A DNA stretch of 64,000 nt from the NCBI GenBank assembly GCA_030295235.1, contig AP026123.1:1922001-1986000 (forward strand), read 5' to 3'. Under the pieces are notes generated by a model. That model made no database searches and was not told where the DNA came from. It worked only from the letters and a program-made list of their open reading frames with translations. Both the position numbers and the translations under genes were made by a program. The DNA comes from Fistulifera solaris. Lineage: Eukaryota. Below, one piece after another: positions 46,476-57,701 of the stretch (its first letter is position 1; every line of letters starts with the position of its first letter).

Positions 46476-49400
46476 GTTTATCAACGACCCAGCTTTAACC
46501 AAGATGGATTCCTTTGGGAGATTGATGGAACGAGCGATTGAACGGATTGCAGCAGGGCATCCTCCACCTCGGATTGCGATTGGTCAGCCAAATCCCGAGA
46601 CAGGTGCGATTCGCCCTCATATTCCAACCCAGTATCGCATTCCAGGCGGATTTCCAAATCCACCACCCGAGGCCCCGCTCAATGGAACCGCTAGGGCTTG
46701 AGATTGGTCTTAGCACAGTGTGGGTTAACTGATGCACAGACGACGTCTCTCATGGGAAATAACATCACGTGTCTTGAAGATTTCGGCGAACTTGGCGAAG
46801 AAGAAGTCGAAGAGCACCTAAAGATACTTGCTCGTACTTCCGAAGAAAGAGGAGGTATGGTGCTTGGACTTGGAGTGGTGCCGAAAGTCAAGGCACTTTC
46901 TACACTTTTGCATGAACTTGCAAGATCGGGAGATGGCGTTCTCGATGCATACAAGGTGACAATTCCGTATCTTTGGGAATGGCAAAGCAAATCGAAAGTG
47001 GTTGTCAAAGGCAATGACAAACTCGAAGTTTCGATGCCCGAAGTTTGATTATAAGGATTGGGTTTCGTTCAAGGATGGAATCGAGAACTACTTCCGTCAG
47101 ACGAAAGGAACTCGGATGATCCCGTTATACTACATAATTCGCGAGTGAAACACCTCCGACTGGCATCATGAGTTTCGCAGAGGCTCGTTTGTGGAACGCT
47201 GTCATGATGGTCCCGAAATGCGAAGATGATAATGCACGCGTCTACCAGCAGTTGGTACAAGTCTTTCGTTGTACCGATGGATGGGCTTATGTGGCAATGG
47301 CAAAGCCCCAAGATGGACGTGCAGCATGGAAACGCTTGTGTCATCATTATGACGGTCCTCACGCTGTGGAGAAGCGTATTGCTTGGGCAAAGTCGGAGAT
47401 AACCAACACGGTCTACGCATCCGAAGCACGTTTTCCGCTTGAACGCTCACGTCACAAAGCTAACGGATTGTTTCCGTATCTTGGAACAAAACGGTGCTGC
47501 GAAGAGTGAACGCGAAAGTCGATGCTTTCTACGCCGGCCTGAAAAGTACAAATGAAGATTTCAAGTCACTTGTTACTTTGATTTTCAACAACATTGAAGT
47601 GCGGAATAATTACCAAGCAACTGCCGATGCTCTATTGGAATCAAGTTATCGCATGGCGTCGATCACTCAGAGAGAATCTACTAGTGCTCGAAAAGTGGCG
47701 AAGGCGAATGCCAAGCGCGACGGAAAATCTGGTAATGGCAATTCCAACAAGAAAAAGGCCAAAAGTAATGATGGTCAGAGCGGACCACCGACGGGAACTT
47801 ATGTTCTTGATGAGAAGAACGGAAGAAGCTTTGTAATGGGATTGACGTTACGAATCCAAAGCGAAACTTTACCAACGAAGAATGGGGAAAGATGGGCGAT
47901 TACGTTTCTATCCTGAAGGCGAACGTAAGATTGCGGCAGCCAACACGAACAATTCTTCCGGGAATGGCAGTCGTTTTGGAACTGGCGGTCAAGGCAGCTG
48001 AAAACGTGGGCGGTAGGACTAGTGGTCAAGATAGGAAAGTATCTGTGCTTCGAGTAACACAGATGCGTAAGCTGGCCAAGCTTATTACATCTACACCACA
48101 TCCTACGACGCCAGATCATAGAGCAAACTGCGAACTCGACTCGCATGCCGATACAACATGTTTCGGTTCCAATTTCGCACCATTTGGATTCACCGACATG
48201 ACATGATCCTGCAACAATTGGAGCACCAAAGTTGTCGCAGGAAGAGGAGGCACGGAAGCGATTAATTGGTCAAGTTAAGATTGAATCAAATATTGTGGAC
48301 AGGGAGTCCGCGCTACTCCGTCAAGGGGAGCCCGAATTTGATGTTTTATTGAATGATTGCAGTTCAGTGTTTTCAGAGAAAGTGTTTACACAGAAACTCA
48401 TTGCAGCGGTCAAGATTGCGAGTCCTTATGATCCACCATCGATAGAGGAGTTTCGTTCAGAGGAGCAATCGGATGCATCGATCAACGCAATTGGGAGTGG
48501 CACTCGACATTCAAGAGCAACACCAGAAGAAATTTCGAAGAAATTTGGTTGTGGGTTGGAAACAGCGGCAAAGACGCTGAAAGCTACAACGAATTATGGT
48601 GTAAGAACTGCAACAGGTCCATTAATTCGAAGGTATCGAACCGACATTATGCAATCGACACATCGGCTAATTCGTGCAACCGTTTTTAACGACACCATGT
48701 TTGCGAAGACGAAAAGTCTGCGAGGTAATAAGAGTGCAGAAGTTTTCACGGATGGACATTTTGTGACAGTCAAGCCAACTACCAACAAAACTGGTGAAAC
48801 GGTAGCGAATGCATTGCGCCGAATTGATCCAAGAGGTGGGGATACCTCAGAAGATCGTTACCGATGATGCTAAGGAGAAGCTCGGTCCGAATCACGAAGT
48901 GGATGGAACACATTCGACATTATAAAATGGATTGGGGCAACACGGAACCTTATTCGCATTGGCAGAATAGAGCCGAAGATGCGATTCGTGAAGTAAGACG
49001 AAGGTGGAAGCTTTTACAACATCGACGAGCGATTCCGAACAGACTTTGGGACTACGGGTTGACGCATATAGCCGAGATAATGTCCAGAACAGTCAGAGTC
49101 GGATCAGATCGTACACCATACGAGATACTAACTGGTGATACGCCCGACATTTCTGAGTACATCGACTTCGATTTCTACGATTGGGTATGGTTCTATAACA
49201 ATCCGAACGATAAAGAAGCTCCACCCGAAATCGGAAGATGGCTTGGGGTCTCGCATCGCGTTGGCGCTTCTATGTGCTACTTCGTTTTGACTCAGAAAGG
49301 GGTCGTTTTGTCGAGATCGTCAGTACAACCAATTAATCTACAGGAGGAACTGTCCGATGAGGTACGATCACGGATGGAGAAGTTCGATGTAGAAATTAAT

Positions 49401-52017
49401 GGGAGGTTGGCCGATGACAAGTTCATCAGTGACGATATTACGACAGGAATCATCTACCTTGAAGACGACGATCCAGTCGCTGAAGGAGAGGAAAAGAGTC
49501 CAATCCTGGAAGCCGATGACGTTTGGGATGTCAATGCATACGATCATTATCTCAATGCGGAAATATTACTCCCAGTTGGTGACGGCAGGATCGCCGGAAC
49601 CGTCATTGAAAGGAAAACGAGACTCGGATGGCAAGCCGATTGGTGTGAGACATCAAGTGCCAATGATGGATACAAGGTTGTACAGAGTCAAACTTGCTGA
49701 CGGAACGGTTAGGGAACTTTTCGCGAATAACATCGCCGAATGTATGTTCTCTGAAGTTGACAGTGAGGGACGCTCATATCAGACCATCGAAAGGATAAAA
49801 CGGCCGATCAATAAAGCGGATGGCATATTCGTTTTCAACAAACGAGAATACAAGAAGAAGACGAGCGTGGTTGGTACCTTCTAGTCGAATGGATGGAAGG
49901 GTATTCCGACTGGGTTCCGTTGAAAGATTTGAAAGAAGTGTATCCAGTGCAAGTAGCAGAATATGCGAAAGCAAACAACATCCATGACGAACCGGCATTT
50001 GCATGGTGGGTAGGAGATGTTCTTCAGAAACGAAACACTATCCTAGCAAAAGTTAAGTCGAGATACTGGAAAACGACGCACAAGTTTGGCATTCAATTCC
50101 GAAAACTGTGCAGGAAGCTCTTCAAATTGACAAGGATACCGGAACTGATTTTTGGCGTCGGGCAATTGAAAAGGTAATGGGAAAAATCAGCGCTATGGGC
50201 ACATTCGAAAGGTGGAATGGCGGCTCGGCAGAAGATATTCGGAGCGGCAAAGTCAAACTACCGGGATTTCGAGAAATAAAGTGTCACATGATATTTGACA
50301 TCAAAATGGATGGCAAGTTTACACGAAAGGCAAGATTCGTGGCTGATGGTAACATGACTGGCTTAATTGCCAGCTTACATGACATACTCGACAGTCGTGT
50401 CGAGAGAAAGTGTCCGCATTGCATTTCTGTACGCAGCTCAATGATTTGGATATCTTGGGTTGCGACGTAACAAATGCGTATCTCAACGCACCATGTCAGG
50501 GAGAAGATATGGGTTGCAGCAGGTCTCGAATTTGGAGATGATTTGAGAGGAGCTTGTATGATAATTCGAAAAGCGTTGTATGGTCTCAAGACTTCAGGAT
50601 CGAGTTGAAGCAAAACACTTTCCGAGACCTTAAATGACATGAAGTACGTTTCGACGATGGCGGACCCCGATGTCTACCGACCGAAGTATCAAGAAGAAAG
50701 GTGATCACTACTACAAATTCGTTTTGACTTATGTCGACGATATTTTATGCGTGAGTGAAAACCCGAAAGCTACGATGGATATACTCAGTAAGGTTTATGC
50801 ACTGAGAGACGGCCGAGGATCCCGACAGGTATCTTGGCTTCAATGTAGCGAAAGCACAATTGAATGATGGACGCACCGCATGGTCTTTATCAAGTGATGA
50901 TTATGTCAAGGGTGCGATCGATATTGTGAAAGGCATGCTCGCTAAGGACAAAAGTTACTTAAAGACAAGAGGTAACGAGCGGCCAATGCCAGAGAACTAC
51001 CGTCCAGAGGAGGATACAACACGCTTAATTGACGCCAGAACTAGCGACAAGATATCAACAACTTATCGGAATGTTGCGATGGGCGTGTGAACTTGGAAGA
51101 GTGGACATTTTGCTTGAAGTGTCGTTACTTTCACATCATCTATGTTTGCCAAGAGAGGGACATCTCGAAGCAGTTTACAAGATCTTCGCTTATTTGGACA
51201 ACCACAACAAATCCAACATGGTCTTTGATCCCAAAGTAATACATCTTGATGAGAGTGCATTTCCAAAGACAGATTGGAAAGACTCGATCTACGGTGAGGT
51301 GACAGAGGAGCTACCCCCGAATGCACCCGAACCACTCGGTAAGCCTGTGTACATGACATGTTTTGTTGATGCTAATCATGCAGGGCGAAACTACAACACG
51401 ACGTTCGCAAACAGGGTATTTAATTTATTTGAATAATGCTCCCATCGACTGGTTCTCCAAGAAGCAGAACACCGTGGAATCATCAACGTTTGGATCTGAG
51501 TTTGTGGCCATGCGAATTGCAGTCGAGAAGATTCGAGCACTGCGATACAAGTTACGCATGTTTGGGATTCCAATTGAAGGTCCGACATCCGTCTTGGGCG
51601 ACAATGAAAGCGTTGTTAATAGCGTTTCCAAAATGGAAGCTCGGCTTAACAAGAAGCACAATGCTATCTGCTTTCATGCAGTTCGGGAAGCATGCGCTGC
51701 CGGTTGGATTCGAGTTGGAAAGGAGCCAACAGCAACGAATGTCGCTGACCTTTTCATAAAAATGTTGCCAACGGCGAAGCGGCGCGAACATCTTGTCAAG
51801 ATATTCATCAAGAAGGTCAAGATGATCTTCAGGAAGAATCAACAGAGCTAATGAAGCTCTACCCCGCTCGCAGGTATTGAGAGATTCCTCCTGGACATCC
51901 AAAATGGATGGGCGCAATACAAGTCCAGGTACAAGCAGGTCGTATTTGAGCCACAGAAGGATTGAGGAATAACTTGCGTATCAACGAAACTGAGGCACTT
52001 TGTTGACACGAGAGGAG

Positions 52018-52348
52018 TGAATCAATCCAGATGTGTTAGGGACAGGGATGGATCGGTAGTGCCACGTCACCGTGCATTTATGCCTTAAGGTTACATCGGT
52101 TCCACCTTGACATTATCCCTTCTATTCGGTCACGGATGCATAAGCTATGCATAACACTTGGAAGTGAGTGACCTAATGGGTGATCTAGCGGTTAAGCTAG
52201 ATCATGAAAGCGTGAACAGAGACGTCGAGCAGGAATTGGAGATGCAGGAGCATTCCATCATTTCGACTAGTTTAGAGCTCACAGTTTTGAGCGCCCGGTA
52301 AAATAGATGCTCATTACGGCTTGTAATCAGTACTTCTAGACTTATTCA
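52018..52348 (+). repeat. 3' LTR (331 bp), preceded by PPT GAGAGGAG
   Basis: Matches the 5' LTR except for a 2-bp indel (GCGCCCGG versus GCCCGG). Confidence 0.95.
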
Positions 52349-52486
52349 AACAAACGGTCCGCGCGATGGGTCGTCAGTCGTCCGCATTAGTCTTTAGTGC
52401 GCATCATCGCGCCTTTTTTGAGAGAAAGATCACTTGATTTCGTTTCGACATCGAGAAAGGTCGCACAAAACGAAAACGAACGAATC

Positions 52487-53742
52487 ATGCGGATTCAGCG
52501 AACGCTTCTCACTTGTATTATTACTTCATCCTCAGTTGCTCAAGCCTTTCAGAAACCGTTTGTTAATCCAGCGTTGAGAAAGTTTGCATTCGTTCCATCA
52601 TTACAAATGTCGTCCGAGTCATCCTTTTCGACATCCTCCAATCCGGATGTAATCCCCGGTCGACCCACCTGGCATCAGACCATGTTGCGCATCAAAGATC
52701 CCCAAAAGAGTTTGGAGTTCTATACCAAGCACTTGGGTTTCACTCACATCGATACATTTGATTTCCCACAGTGGAAGTTTTCGCTATACTTTCTGACCAC
52801 CATGCCAACAGGTGCGCCGTACAACCTGCAAGCGGGGACCCAGGATGCCCACGATTGTTTGTGGAACATGGCCGGTACCACCTTGGAGCTTACACACAAT
52901 TATGGTACCGAAACTGATGAGAGTCAAAAGTATCATGTTGGTAATGAAGAAAGAGACGGTACGTTCTAGGGAGCTAGGCACGGGCAATTGGCGCGTTTTC
53001 TGACCGAAAAGCATTTCTTCTTGCTGGGCACAGGTTTTGGGCACATTGCCGTGAATGTCGATGATGTATACCAGTTCTGTGAAAAGTTGGAACGCGCTGG
53101 TTGTCAATTTAAGAAGAAACCGGATGAAGGGCGCATGAAAGGACTAGCCTTTGTGTATGATCCAGATGGGTATTGGGTGGAAATTGTGAAGCGCGGAGAT
53201 GATCATGAAATCGAAGAAGAAACGAATTTCTCGCAAACCATGTTACGCGTCAAAGATCCAAAGAAGAGTCTGGACTTTTACCAAAAGCTGGGAATGAAGT
53301 TATTGGAGGTCAAGCACTTTGATGACTTTTCCTTGTACTTCTTGGGATCATCCGTGGTGGATACCAACATTGGCTACAAGAATCAATTTCAGCCCGTTCT
53401 AGAGCTAACGCACAATCATGGTACCGAAAATGACGAATCGTTCAAGTATTACAATGGAAATGAAGAAGGACGGCAAGGATTTGGGCACATCGGTAAGTTC
53501 GATTCACGACTGCTTTCGTAAATACGTTGCGAACGAAACCTTACGAGCAAATTTGTGCAGGTTTCCTGGTCGACGATGTTTATCAAGCGTGCGATGCCAT
53601 CCGACCGTGGGGCTACGGATTTCGTAAGGATGTCGATGATGGAAACATGAAAGGATTAGCATTCGCGTACGATCCGGACGGTTATTCGGTGGAAATCATT
53701 AAGCGTGGTGGAATCGATTTTGGTGATCAGCGCAAAGAGTAA
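52487..53742 (+). CDS. GLO1: Two-domain glyoxalase I with plastid-type signal; introns 52959-53033 and 53493-53560
   Basis: QTMLR.KDP..SL.FY, LELTHN.GTE, GFGHI and DPDGY.VEI, each present twice; AQAFQ. Confidence 0.93.
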
Positions 53743-53824
53743 TACTCTGTATACGTTTCGGTACATAAAGAAGTTTTATCATTATAGCTGTTAGCCTAAG
53801 CTCCCTAGAACTCTTCTACGCCCG

Positions 53825-55057
53825 TCACAGACGACTTTGCGCGATTTGGACAAGTCCCATGGAGTGAAGAGTACTAGTCAGCAATTTCACCAGCCACCGA
53901 ACCTGCTCGTTGGAATTGTGGGCGTGGATGATTATTCGAATGCGCTCGGTCCCGGCAGGTACAGTAGGGGACTTGATTGGAAACAAACAAATACGCTTCT
54001 TCGAAGCAATCGATAAACGCTCGCAAAACTCTGTGCAAACTCGATTGCCGGGTATCACGAGGGCTTGAATCGGCGAACTGCTGTCCGTGAGGTAAATGGC
54101 CTTGTTTTTGGGCAAGGCTGCGTCCATCAGGTTTCGAAAAAGCTTCACTCGTCGAAACAGCATCTCGCGCAGGTATTTTCCCTTTTCTCCCGTCATCGTA
54201 TTGTAAGCACAGCGTATGGTAGCTAACGAATGCAACGGCAGTGCCGTGGAGTAAATGAATGGATAGCCAAAGTTGATCAAGTAGTCTTTGTGCAAGTTGG
54301 ATGGAAAGCACGCGACTGCTCCATGACAACCGGCTGCTTTTCCAAAGGTGTATATGGATGCTAACAAAGCAGGATGTTGCTGCAGTTGTAGTTCACCCAC
54401 TACGCCCGACCCCTTTCCGTAGATTCCGAGTCCGTGCGCTTCATCGACCACGACTTTGGCGTCGTGAGTACCCGCCAACTGCAGCAATTCCCGGAGCGGC
54501 GCCATGTCGCCGTCCATACTGTAAATGGACTCAACTACAATCACGACTCGCAGTTTCGGGTCAAGTCGACGGAGTATTTGCTCCAAATGATGAACGTCGT
54601 TGTGATGGAAGGGAAGCGACAGTCGATCGGAGTGGACGCTTTGCCACAAACGTATCCCCATATGTAAACTATTATGCGCATACTCATCGTATACGATGCA
54701 GTCACAAGGAAGACAAGACACGACGGATAGGTTGGCATCGTAACCCGAGTTGAATAAAAGAGCAGCTTCTCTCTGATGGATCTTGGCTAAATCGGCTTCG
54801 ATCTGGTGAAAGTAAACGTGGTCGCCTGATAGGAGCCGTGAACCAGTGGCCCCAAGTTTCGCATTTTGCTGAACTCGTTCGTATTCTTGCAAAACCAAAG
54901 CCTGTTGATCTGGATCCTGCGCCAGACCGAGATAATCGTTGCTGGAAAAGTCGATGTCGGACGACACCGCGGTAATGTTAGTGAATTGCAGCTTGCGAAT
55001 GGTTCCCTTTTTTCGCCTTTTTTCAAGGGCTTTTTGCATGCGCTGTTCCGCCCACAT
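53825..55057 (-). CDS. bioF: 8-amino-7-oxononanoate synthase
   Basis: DFSSNDYLGLA, GSRLLSG, SGYDAN, ESIYSMDGD, VDEAH, TFGKA (PLP lysine), PTVP.G. Confidence 0.92.
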   Translation of the reverse strand: MWAEQRMQKALEKRRKKGTIRKLQFTNITAVSSDIDFSSNDYLGLAQDPDQQALVLQEYERVQQNAKLGATGSRLLSGDHVYFHQIEADLAKIHQREAALLFNSGYDANLSVVSCLPCDCIVYDEYAHNSLHMGIRLWQSVHSDRLSLPFHHNDVHHLEQILRRLDPKLRVVIVVESIYSMDGDMAPLRELLQLAGTHDAKVVVDEAHGLGIYGKGSGVVGELQLQQHPALLASIYTFGKAAGCHGAVACFPSNLHKDYLINFGYPFIYSTALPLHSLATIRCAYNTMTGEKGKYLREMLFRRVKLFRNLMDAALPKNKAIYLTDSSSPIQALVIPGNRVCTEFCERLSIASKKRICLFPIKSPTVPAGTERIRIIIHAHNSNEQVRWLVKLLTSTLHSMGLVQIAQSRL

Positions 55058-55508
55058 GGCTTGCTTTCGATAATTGCTGCTTCTTCTTTAGGCAATATAT
55101 TGTTGTGGCTTCTGCGGTGCATAAACGCAACACAATGCGTTTGTTGTCATCCTCGTTTCGGGCTTACGCCTTCTGCGTGATTGACGCATTGACGGGCTGG
55201 CGACTGAATTTCCATGCTCGTAAAAACTGTGACCTTCCTCTACTGTTTTGGAGAGTGTGCTTTTGTCCTTCTGTCTCTCGTACACTGGAAGTCATACTCT
55301 ATTTTTGAATGTTGCATAAACAGGTGACACAACGCATGTCGTTCCCTTTCCGTTTTTCGCAACGCACCTTCGTGGTAAACCGACGAGAAACAGTCCTCAT
55401 CGGCATTAATGGAATAGTGGAATGACCGAGCCCCTATTATGCTGAAAAGGGGAACCATTGTTTGTCTATTTCGACATTGCATGATTGAGCGAGCGACTAG
55501 ATTCTAGA

Positions 55509-57653
55509 ATGGAGGAGTTGCAGGACGCCATCGAAGATGCGCAGTACGTAAACGAAATTGCGCAGCAAGACGATGGACCCCGGCCGGTTTTGCCATGGAA
55601 GAAACCGACCGAGGAAGAGCTGGAAATTTGGAAGCAATCCAAGAAGAAAGAATCCAAAGATGCCTTTTCTATGGAGTGGACCATGCAGGAAGAAATAGGA
55701 TTATTTTTGTTCAGTTCGTACTTGAAAGAAACGCATGATGACTATGCGCGTATAAATTTTTGTGAAGAAGTATATCGCTTTCGAAAGTATGGAGTGCAGG
55801 GAAGGAGCGGGTTGAAGCGAGCGAAAAGTATTATTAAACAATTTTTGGTGGCCCTGGAGAAAGATCCTGTTACCGGCGAAGTTGTGTTGCCGCGAAGATC
55901 GTTAGTATTTGAGCACGATTTGAAGAGACCGAATAGCATCGGAATTCCCAAAGATCAGATGCAAAAGCTTTATACAGAGAACATGGATTTTCCTGCTTGT
56001 AGCGAATGTGCAGTTGGACTGAAAGGGGCCGTTCGGAGAGAAATTGTAGAAAAAGTGCAGAATATAGGGAACCTGTATCGGTCGTCAAAAAACAAATCGT
56101 CCTTGCAAGAATCCGCTGCCGCTATCAGTCCCATTCATGTTTCAAGTAGACTTTTGAATTCCAATATTACATCGACGAGAAATATAGCCATTGATGATGG
56201 TGCTGATATAACGGAAACGAGCACGGGAAATGGTTTACATCGTGATTTGTTTGACAACGGCGAGAGCTTGGTCATGGAAAGTTTGAAGCGTGATTACTGG
56301 CGTTCCTTTCTTGAATCTGCAAAGTATAAAAGACTACTTGATTTCTTGTGGTTTAGAGATCGTCGCGTTGAACCTGATGACTTCTTTGAAATGCGAAGGT
56401 TGGGTAGAGGCGGTTTCGGTTTGGTAACAGGTAAGGGAGGTCGTTCAAATTCGCGACAGATTTGCTTTTGTTTCGACATGCCCCTGACATTGAGTCTTGC
56501 AGCTTGCAAGAAGGGAACCTCTGGAAAATTATATGCTATGAAAGTAATGAACAAAAGGAGAATAAAAATGAAAAAGTCAGAACAACTCGCAATCAATGAA
56601 AGACACGCTTTAGCTTCGGTTGAGAGCAAGTTTGTAGTCAATTTGAAGTATTCGTTCCACTCGAAGGATGATATATTTTTGATACTGGATCTTATGACCG
56701 GTGGTGACCTCGGATTTCATCTCCATCAGAAAGGAAGGTTCCCGAAAAGAGAAGTTTTGTATTACTCAGCAAGAATAATGCTAGCGTTGCAGGCCTTGCA
56801 TGATAAGCAATACGTATACCGAGACCTGAAACCAGGTAAGATTGAGATGCGTACTGTATCTGAGCAGGTGCTTACCCGTCATTTTCTCATCGTATTATTT
56901 TATCATTCTCTCTTGCTTTCTATCACAGAAAATTGTCTTCTCGCAGAAGATGGACGGGTGAAAATTACGGATCTTGGTCTTGCGACTAAAATAACTCCCA
57001 AATTGCATGGTGCCGCTGGTACGCGCGGCTATTGGGCCCCGGAGATGTTGCGCCGCGATTCTCGAGGGAAAAGGATGACGTACACTCACACGGTTGATTG
57101 GTTTAGTTTCGGATGCTGTCTTGCTGAATTTATTTCGGGGTCGAATCCCTTTCGATCCGAGGTTGCTCTCAACTACGGACTGGAAAAGGGGCAACAGACT
57201 AAAGAGAAAGCGATCGATTTCGCCATCATGGAAATGGAGCCAGAGTTTCCACCGGAAAAGTTTGAGCCTGATGCGGCCGATCTCTGTCAGCAGCTTCTGA
57301 GGAAGGACGAAAAGAAGAGATTGGGCTACAATGGATGCAGTGAAATCATGTCGCATCCTTACTTCAAAAATATTAACTGGGAAGCCATTATATCGGATAA
57401 AGAGATCCCGCCTTTTATTCCTGCAAAAGACGTGAATGCTGCGACACAGTCAGAGATTGGTAACTTTGTCGAGGATAAAAAGTACCAAGAAACAATCCTT
57501 ACAGAGGAGGATGAAGAACACTACAAGGATTGGGATTGGACAAATCCGCGTGCATTTGCTGCAGAAGTCATCGAATTTCTGATTTACGAAAGAACAACTG
57601 GTGAGCCGCTTCTACCTCCAAAACACGAGGCCTGTTGCTGTGCAATTATGTGA
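55509..57653 (+). CDS. GRK: G protein-coupled receptor kinase (RGS + AGC kinase); introns 56431-56502 and 56836-56928
   Basis: GRK-type N-terminus MEELQDAIEDAQYV; LGRGGFG, YAMK, LMTGGDL.FH, YRDLKP|ENCLL, GT.GY.APE; ends CCCAIM. Confidence 0.9.
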   Translation: MEELQDAIEDAQYVNEIAQQDDGPRPVLPWKKPTEEELEIWKQSKKKESKDAFSMEWTMQEEIGLFLFSSYLKETHDDYARINFCEEVYRFRKYGVQGRSGLKRAKSIIKQFLVALEKDPVTGEVVLPRRSLVFEHDLKRPNSIGIPKDQMQKLYTENMDFPACSECAVGLKGAVRREIVEKVQNIGNLYRSSKNKSSLQESAAAISPIHVSSRLLNSNITSTRNIAIDDGADITETSTGNGLHRDLFDNGESLVMESLKRDYWRSFLESAKYKRLLDFLWFRDRRVEPDDFFEMRRLGRGGFGLVTGKGGRSNSRQICFCFDMPLTLSLAACKKGTSGKLYAMKVMNKRRIKMKKSEQLAINERHALASVESKFVVNLKYSFHSKDDIFLILDLMTGGDLGFHLHQKGRFPKREVLYYSARIMLALQALHDKQYVYRDLKPGKIEMRTVSEQVLTRHFLIVLFYHSLLLSITENCLLAEDGRVKITDLGLATKITPKLHGAAGTRGYWAPEMLRRDSRGKRMTYTHTVDWFSFGCCLAEFISGSNPFRSEVALNYGLEKGQQTKEKAIDFAIMEMEPEFPPEKFEPDAADLCQQLLRKDEKKRLGYNGCSEIMSHPYFKNINWEAIISDKEIPPFIPAKDVNAATQSEIGNFVEDKKYQETILTEEDEEHYKDWDWTNPRAFAAEVIEFLIYERTTGEPLLPPKHEACCCAIM

Positions 57654-57701
57654 AGCGCGCTACTTTAGCTAGTCTCTCTAAGTTCGTACTGTCACCTTAC
57701 T

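Larger units (their letters stand above)
46147..52348 (+). mobile_element. Ty1/copia LTR retrotransposon of the diatom CoDi type
   Basis: TG..CA LTR pair; gag, PR (ELDSHADT), IN (EPYSHWQN.AE, LWDY), RT (KARFVADG, YVDD), RNaseH (DANHA, TVESSTFGSEFVA, KKHNAI.FH) in copia order. Confidence 0.97.
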
